NCBI GenBank assembly: GCA_039030515.1
Contig: JBCCEA010000028.1
Span: forward strand, 1 to 53,857
Direction: 5' to 3'
Source: Myxococcota bacterium
GTDB taxonomy: Bacteria; Myxococcota_A; Polyangia; Polyangiales; Houyiibacteriaceae
Length of the DNA: 53,857 nt
Part shown: one piece after another, positions 48,901 through 53,857 of the stretch
How the letters are laid out: every line of letters begins with the position of its first letter
Position numbering within the stretch: the stretch's first letter is position 1
Program-made: the position numbers and the translations under genes
The notes under the pieces: generated by a model
Told to the model about the DNA's origin: nothing
What the model saw: the letters and a program-made list of their open reading frames with translations, nothing else
The model's database searches: none

Positions 48901-49263
48901 GAACGGACCACGCGGAAGCTGCGCCTCGTTGCTCATCATCAGCAGTGCGGCGGTGAAGCCCGAAACAGCACATCCAGCGGCAGCAAGTCGATTTGGTTTT
49001 TGAGCGAAGTCCGAATCCTGCTCCGCGTCCGCTGATTCTTTGAGCTCCCCCGCTTGGCTCGCCGCACGACTCAGATGTTCGAACTCCGGGTCAACCTGTT
49101 CCAGATTCTCTTCAGATGTACACACAGTCGTTCTCAACGCCCGGAATAACTCAAGCTGCCCGACCTCCAGGGCTTCTTCGTGTGGTGATCGAGGTCTACC
49201 GCCCAAGCAGCAGCGGACGTTGCCCCGAAATCGGTCGAGAAGCCAGGTGATAGGCGGCAGCAA
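45916..49263 (-). CDS. Polytopic membrane glycosyltransferase, GT-C fold (ArnT / GT39-GT83-like)
   Basis: GLWDPWETHYGEVAREI; FWSKPILIFW; EWALRLP; ITDMLL; FMGKG; LPWFVAM; FSAMKTKFHHYIFPAVP; many transmembrane helices. The true start is probably downstream of 49263. Confidence 0.85.
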   Translation of the reverse strand: MLPPITWLLDRFRGNVRCCLGGRPRSPHEEALEVGQLELFRALRTTVCTSEENLEQVDPEFEHLSRAASQAGELKESADAEQDSDFAQKPNRLAAAGCAVSGFTAALLMMSNEAQLPRGPFYGSLLTFIGVLGCVGLLPRSGFRHRGKAGPTSSPGPAVSCRTWTAPSIDWWRSEQAESAGSASESAAPPLREAWFLTPKWTVLTAVLVLLLGIVSMGYDAATPSIIASLMVLSLSAIHRPALLVFVVVSLVYAPFLGTYGLWDPWETHYGEVAREILSRDDWISLWWAQDGWFWSKPILIFWSEAFAMASLGVDASPDAHPLHPEWALRLPFYLFSVGAVLSAYAAVRRVFGVRAGVLSALVLATAPHYFLLAHQAITDMLLVANMTLAMSMLTLAVVTPEDKVEGRVYLGLETEIGVKRKRALSIVLGGVTLLVMATLTFALGLGWIGIAAGLAIGSALTLGTALFGRVELSMRQLVTGIFVMVVVPQALYLVSRNITLVDYWRFALHEDVFLLGSAGNHGIAGNASLGDRRPHVPEFQPALQGLLWLLCLVGIVAQTVRETRARSLFLFCFYFFCALAFMGKGIPGFALPGLVALLWLISSNRWKMMFDGQLHIGTGILMVTTVGLPWFVAMYMRHGPAFTDRLLIHDHINRLAVGVHGDSGSIRYFIEQFGFGTFPWIGLVPFAALFWMSRESEDPSLQIPRKMDFLKLHSIWFFGAFTLFSAMKTKFHHYIFPAVPPAMILVGILLDRLVAGMPKGDPAISRVRWRSPLGFVLAALSPLPLVLGVAGFFGDVRGFIPGPMSERSDVSESGSEAATRLGSVTEQAVAQTASSAALETDWVLNHPWPTPLAAGLLMFGLVLLGLSGCLLAPRPFARLRPFVGSVSVSEGASSVIKSGGDSKPVSIALCVMFAAAATLVAFVGRDLSWEIATRPHGYERLIHLFVYKYDRPWPEQWDYRPILTGFALVSTAILSMGAVRRLHVLLVPTLLGVALSFSVWTLNYYITDLSPHWGQRELVQRYYELRDSANESLVAWQMNWKGENFYSGNHVHVFVDLDNKKVRQWMDERSGEKAFFLLEHTRMSSFKNLMRSRQYRAVTTKRDCNKFVLMEVHL

Positions 49264-49607
49264 AAGTGCCGCTGTCCCAAACGAGTATCGCGCTGAGGCA
49301 TGAGGTGCGCTGAGTCGCTCGAGGCAGGTCCGTGTCGGACGTTCGAACCTATTTCAACACACGCAGTGCACAAACGCTCCTAGCGTAGTTCTTGTTTGAG
49401 TACGCGACATCGCATGATGACCGGAGTTTATACATCGGCTTAAATTTGTCAGGCCGATGCCTAAATTGAACCGTTCAACCAGACGTTTGCTTACGCTCGA
49501 CGGATTGCTTGGTACGAAAGGCAGCCCAGTACTATAATATTGGTCTGCTGCTACCTTACCGAACGCGCAGTTTGCGAATCGATTTTGTTACAATGAGGGT
49601 CCTAGGG

Positions 49608-50819
49608 ATGAAAAAGATTACTTCGTTTTGCTGTACGGTGTTGATGGTGTCCTGTGTTGGTGAGGTTGCCGACACAGACGAGATCGCCTCGCTGACACTC
49701 GAACTGAAGGGAACCCAAAACTGCCCAGACGGCTCAAACATCATTGAGGGTACCTCGGCGGGGGAAACGCTGAACGGAACGTCCGCAATTGACTGTATCT
49801 TGGGCTACGGCGGTGACGACATCATCAACGGACTCGGTGGGGACGACTACCTCGCCGGCGGGGAAGGCAACGACACCATCAACGGTGGGGACGACAACGA
49901 TCAAATCTTCGGAGAAACCGACGACGACATCCTTAACGGTGGCAGCGGAAACGACTTTATTCGTGGCAACGTGGGCAACGACACGATCGACGGCGGAGAC
50001 GGAAACGACAACCTCGAGGGTGACGGCGGAGACGACAATATCTTAGGCGGCAACGATAATGACACGATATTCGGGGAGGCAGGTCAAGACGTGCTCCAAG
50101 GTGGAGCCGGTGACGACAGGATTCTCGGCGGCAGCGACGCCGACTGCATCTACGGCGAATACGGAGACTTCAGTGCTTGCTCGACCGTCTACACAGTCGA
50201 CAGCGACGGACTCGACTACAACACAATAGGGATCACCGGCAATGATCGAATCCTCGGAGAAGGCGGTGCGGATTTCGTGATCGGGGGCTTCGGCAACGAT
50301 TCGATATTCGGAGGCGACGACGCGGACACGCTTTATGGATACGAGGGTGCCGACACGATCGCCGGAGACGACGGCGACGATGTCCTCCTCGACGGGGGCA
50401 ATGGAGCCGACACGATCTGGGGAGGCCTCGGAGCGGACATCATCCGCGGCGGTCAGGGTGACGACCGGCTCTTCGGCGGAGATGGTAACGACGACATCAA
50501 CGGGAATATCGGTAACGACGAGATTGACGGCAAAGGCGGTAACGATTTCTTGCTAGGCGCTGGTGGTAACGACACCATTGCAGGCAATACGGGTGACGAC
50601 GTTATCTCGGGCGCCAAGGGGGATGACGATCTTCGAGGCGGCGCCGGTGCAGACGACATTGTCGGAGGACCTGGATCAGACAGCATGTTTGGCCAAGACG
50701 GTGACGACATACGGATCGAGGGGGTTCCCAATGAGGATGTGACGGTCAACGGCGGAGCTGGAAACGACGCATGTCATCCATTCGTGACCTCCACAAAGTG
50801 CGAGACGAGCAGCGTCTAA
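49608..50819 (+). CDS. Calcium-binding RTX/hemolysin-type repeat protein with an N-terminal signal peptide (probable lipoprotein)
   Basis: MKKITSFCCTVLMVSC leader; roughly 30 GGxGxDx(L/I)x nonapeptides make up nearly the whole protein. Confidence 0.9.
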   Translation: MKKITSFCCTVLMVSCVGEVADTDEIASLTLELKGTQNCPDGSNIIEGTSAGETLNGTSAIDCILGYGGDDIINGLGGDDYLAGGEGNDTINGGDDNDQIFGETDDDILNGGSGNDFIRGNVGNDTIDGGDGNDNLEGDGGDDNILGGNDNDTIFGEAGQDVLQGGAGDDRILGGSDADCIYGEYGDFSACSTVYTVDSDGLDYNTIGITGNDRILGEGGADFVIGGFGNDSIFGGDDADTLYGYEGADTIAGDDGDDVLLDGGNGADTIWGGLGADIIRGGQGDDRLFGGDGNDDINGNIGNDEIDGKGGNDFLLGAGGNDTIAGNTGDDVISGAKGDDDLRGGAGADDIVGGPGSDSMFGQDGDDIRIEGVPNEDVTVNGGAGNDACHPFVTSTKCETSSV

Positions 50820-50834
50820 GGCAGCTCCGTCGAT

Positions 50835-51815
50835 CTAGTGCGACAGCGTAATCGATAGAGCCTCTTCAAACGAGTATGGTGGCCTCCAACCGAGTATCTC
50901 TTTGCTTCGGCTCGAGTCTAAAACCATGCTCGTGGAGAGCTTGCGAAAATCCTCTGAGCGCCCGAGCAAACGAGTCGAAGCCCTCATCAGAAACAGAGGC
51001 ACTGGCAGTAGCCGCGACCGTCGTCCCTCTGCGCGCGCGATGGCGGTGATCAAATCTGGGGTGGAAATCGACTCGCGATCAGAGATCACAAAAGTTTCCC
51101 CTGCGGCGTCAGGATGCAGACAAACCGTTTGAATAAAACGAACCAGGTTGCCAACAAACAACATGCTTCTTTGATTGGTCAACGAACCTAAAGGAAGGGG
51201 AATACCGGCTCTGACCAAACGAACCAGTCGAGGAAAATTACCTTTCGAACACGCGCCGTACACTAAAGGGGGCCTGACTACGGTTACCTCAAGATCGGTT
51301 CTTTTTCGGAGTTGTCGTTCAGCCTCTAGCTTACTTTCCCCATAGGGACCCGTAGGAGCAAAGGGTGAATATTCATGAATAGGATTCGCACTAGCGTCTC
51401 CGTGAACGTTGATCGTGCTTATGAAAACGAAACGTTTTACTCCGGCCTCAGCAGCTTGTTCGGCCAGTCTTATGGTGCCTTGTGTATTGACTTCAAAGAA
51501 CCGGCGATGTTCGGTCTCCGCAGGTTGATGCACGTGAGCCGCCAGATGCACAACCACGTCTACGTCGCGTAGCGCTGCCCTCCAGTCGGTATTCGGCCCG
51601 ATGTCGTCGATGACGACCGATTGCGCACCTGAAATATGCTGCGACGGACTACGGACGGCGATGCGGCAGAAACCCTTTTTTGAAACCGCGTTTGTCGTCA
51701 TCGCATCGGCAAATTTCTCAGAATTTGGATCTGCACTGAGGGTGCTTAAAAGTTCCTGAACCAGCTTCCGGCCGATAAAGCCAGTGGCACCGGTGACTAG
51801 GTAGTTGGTCTTCAT
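50835..51815 (-). CDS. NAD-dependent nucleotide-sugar epimerase/reductase (extended SDR, WbpV/WbfT-like)
   Basis: LVTGATGFIG; VVHLAAHVH; FVFISTI; YGESK; VRPPLVYG; KGNF; NQRSMLFVGNL. ATG at 51815. Confidence 0.92.
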   Translation of the reverse strand: MKTNYLVTGATGFIGRKLVQELLSTLSADPNSEKFADAMTTNAVSKKGFCRIAVRSPSQHISGAQSVVIDDIGPNTDWRAALRDVDVVVHLAAHVHQPAETEHRRFFEVNTQGTIRLAEQAAEAGVKRFVFISTINVHGDASANPIHEYSPFAPTGPYGESKLEAERQLRKRTDLEVTVVRPPLVYGACSKGNFPRLVRLVRAGIPLPLGSLTNQRSMLFVGNLVRFIQTVCLHPDAAGETFVISDRESISTPDLITAIARAEGRRSRLLPVPLFLMRASTRLLGRSEDFRKLSTSMVLDSSRSKEILGWRPPYSFEEALSITLSH

Positions 51816-51933
51816 CACCTGATATCTCCGATTCGTGTCGCTTCTGGTTGGTGGGAAAGCACTAGTTGGTTCGTTTTGCAAAGAGTCTCAGTTCGAACAC
51901 ATCACACGAATCGATTCGACTCCACCTTCGGTC

Positions 51934-53856
51934 CTATTCGGCCGCGTCCCTGACTGAATCCACTCCATTGTCGTCACTGCTGTAGTAGGCATAACGATAG
52001 TACCCTCCACCTTTGTAAGATCTATCCGTGACGACTACATCATTCACTACCCCGCCGAGAATAGGTGCACTCACATCGTCGAGTTGCCGCAAAGAGAACT
52101 TAAGCGCGTCGCGGTAGGTTGAGTCTGAACGAAGAACCATCACCGTTCCATCAACCTGAGTGGCCATGATTGCAGCATCTGTTACCGCTCTCAGTGGAGG
52201 ACTATCAAATACGATGAGGTCATAAACGACGGACATCTCATTCATCAGGGTCCGAAATCGGGACGTGTGCAGAAGCTCAGCTGGATTCGGAGGTATGGGA
52301 CCACAAGGCAGCACATCCAGGTTTTGAATATCGGTCTTTTTGGTCGCCTCTTCGAGTTTTGCAGCGCGCAACAAAAGGGAAGTCATACCAACAGTGGCTC
52401 GTCCCCCAAAGAGGCGATGAATCCTGGGGCGCCGAAGGTCCGTGTCCACGAGTAAGACCCGCTTCCCGCTCTGAGCCATCGTGATCGCTAGAGTCACGGC
52501 AACAGTGGTCTTGCCCTCCTGCGGAAGTGGACTCGTCACTAAGATCGTCTTAATTTGCTGCTGAACCGACATGAACGAAATGTTGGTACGGATTGACCTG
52601 GCACATTCTGCAGCCGCCGATTTGGGGTTCTTGTGCACCAGCAGTTCTCGTTCGTTCGGATCGATCGGAGGGTCCAGGTCTCGGTGTTTTCTTCGAGCGA
52701 GGTAGGCCGCGTTTCGAAATCCGGAGCGCTGTTCGATCTTTGGCAAGACTCCGAGCACCGTGAGCCCCAGCGACTCGACGCTCTCGACGGATCGAATTCG
52801 TCGATCCATGCGTGCCCGGGTGATCGCCAGCAGTACGCCAAGCAGCAAACCGCCGGCGACGCCTAGTGCAGAAGCGACCAACATTAGAGGAGAAACTGGT
52901 TCCTCGGGCTTCAAAGCCTGGTCCACAACGCGAGCGTGCGCCACGCTGTGTTGTCGGTTGAGCTCCGTTTCAACAGTTCTCTTGAGAAGCACATCGTAAA
53001 TGTCGGCGTTGTTCTCTCGCTCACGGTTGAGTCTTTGATACTCGGTCTCCAGCTGAGTGATTCGTTGGCCCTCTTCTAGGGCGTCTGCGATTTGCTTTGA
53101 GAGCCCAGACTCCGTTTGCATGACCTCTCGCAACTCCCCCTCAAGACTTGCAATGCGGTCATTAACAGCAGCGCGTAGGCCATCACGTATTGACTGAAGT
53201 CGTTGTTCGAGTGCCAAAATTTCCGGATGTTGAGGTCCGTAGCGAACGGAAGAGGCTTCAATTTCAGAAAGAGTCGCAAGAAAAGAGGTTCTCAAGGCGG
53301 TGATTCGAATATCATTCGATAGGAGGCTAGAGTGAACCTCCATCGGGTCATCACGGTTTGATTGTCGGAGCTGATTCAGACGCGCCTGTAGGGCGATACG
53401 ACTGGACTGAATGTCACGCAATCCTGTTTCCCACTGAGCAAGTCGACGCGAAACGCTATTCTGTTGATCCGCCAAGGAAACAGTGAGTACGCCATGCTCG
53501 TCTTTGAACGCGACAAGGGCATCTTCAGACGCCTCCAGCTGACTGCGAAGATTGGCGAGCCGAACACTAAGCCACTCGAACGCTTCTACTGTGGTACCGA
53601 GTCGATCTTCAAGGGTCTTTTCGACATAGGCTTCCATAATGCTGTTGACTAAAAGCATTGCGCGCTCGGGGTTTCGATCCTGAACCGTGAGCGATACGAT
53701 TCGACTGTTGGAAAACTGACGAACACCAAGTCGTAGCTGAAGAGCGAGTGCTGCTTCCGAAATCGAGGCGCCTTCCCAAGCATCGCGCTCGTCCTCAGGG
53801 ATATATAGGAAATCAGGGTTTGCCTGCAGCCCTAGCTGTTCCACCACTCGTTCCAT
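51934..53856 (-). CDS. wzc: Polysaccharide co-polymerase / BY-kinase (Wzc family), 5' end outside the window
   Basis: Periplasmic coiled coil with YGPQHPEI; transmembrane helix; Walker A SPLPQEGKTT; VDTDLRRP; PPNPAELL; FDSPP; C-terminal Tyr cluster YKGGGYYRYAYY. Confidence 0.93.
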   Translation of the reverse strand: MERVVEQLGLQANPDFLYIPEDERDAWEGASISEAALALQLRLGVRQFSNSRIVSLTVQDRNPERAMLLVNSIMEAYVEKTLEDRLGTTVEAFEWLSVRLANLRSQLEASEDALVAFKDEHGVLTVSLADQQNSVSRRLAQWETGLRDIQSSRIALQARLNQLRQSNRDDPMEVHSSLLSNDIRITALRTSFLATLSEIEASSVRYGPQHPEILALEQRLQSIRDGLRAAVNDRIASLEGELREVMQTESGLSKQIADALEEGQRITQLETEYQRLNRERENNADIYDVLLKRTVETELNRQHSVAHARVVDQALKPEEPVSPLMLVASALGVAGGLLLGVLLAITRARMDRRIRSVESVESLGLTVLGVLPKIEQRSGFRNAAYLARRKHRDLDPPIDPNERELLVHKNPKSAAAECARSIRTNISFMSVQQQIKTILVTSPLPQEGKTTVAVTLAITMAQSGKRVLLVDTDLRRPRIHRLFGGRATVGMTSLLLRAAKLEEATKKTDIQNLDVLPCGPIPPNPAELLHTSRFRTLMNEMSVVYDLIVFDSPPLRAVTDAAIMATQVDGTVMVLRSDSTYRDALKFSLRQLDDVSAPILGGVVNDVVVTDRSYKGGGYYRYAYYSSDDNGVDSVRDAAE

Positions 53857-53857
53857 C

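Noticed and set aside
49608..50819. RTX toxin/hemolysin call
   Set aside because: There is no pore-forming or enzymatic domain, and no acyltransferase or T1SS genes; only the Ca-binding repeats are present.
1..53857. tRNA/rRNA genes, IS elements, prophage or defence systems
   Set aside because: No recognisable structural RNA, transposase, integrase, phage or defence protein motifs were seen by eye. A covariance-model or HMM search could still reveal small elements.

Overview
A 53.9-kb chromosomal segment, most likely from a myxobacterium (Myxococcota). This is inferred from the gene types: a HEAT-repeat/HD-GYP-like pair, an atypical Hsp70 with a J protein, Cys-rich lipoproteins and a long GT39/ArnT-like enzyme. 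It holds about 30 protein genes, mostly on the minus strand. They include a hybrid kinase/sigma-54 activator module, a TetR regulator, and an imelysin - vitamin-K-dependent-carboxylase-like (HTTM) - TonB-receptor operon behind a Fur-type palindrome. Also present are htpG, an EamA transporter, a MepA-like peptidase, a flavoprotein/polyferredoxin pair, Sel1 and beta-propeller-like proteins, a CPA2 antiporter, icd and a 3-methyladenine glycosylase. Surface-glycan genes (pseI, formyltransferase, sulfotransferase, priming PGT, epimerase, wzc) are split into two blocks. The rest comprises a CheW-less CheA-like kinase, an Hsp70 with an insert of about 490 aa and an RTX-repeat protein. I saw no rRNA, tRNA, transposase, cas gene or true CRISPR array. 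The most unusual signal is non-coding: one 17-bp quasi-palindrome, ACCGTACCC(G/A)GTCAGGT, occurs about 27 times in three separate intergenic arrays. Each array has different linkers, and the largest alternates regularly between 21-22 and 44-45 bp spacing. All calls come from reading the sequence; no database searches were run.
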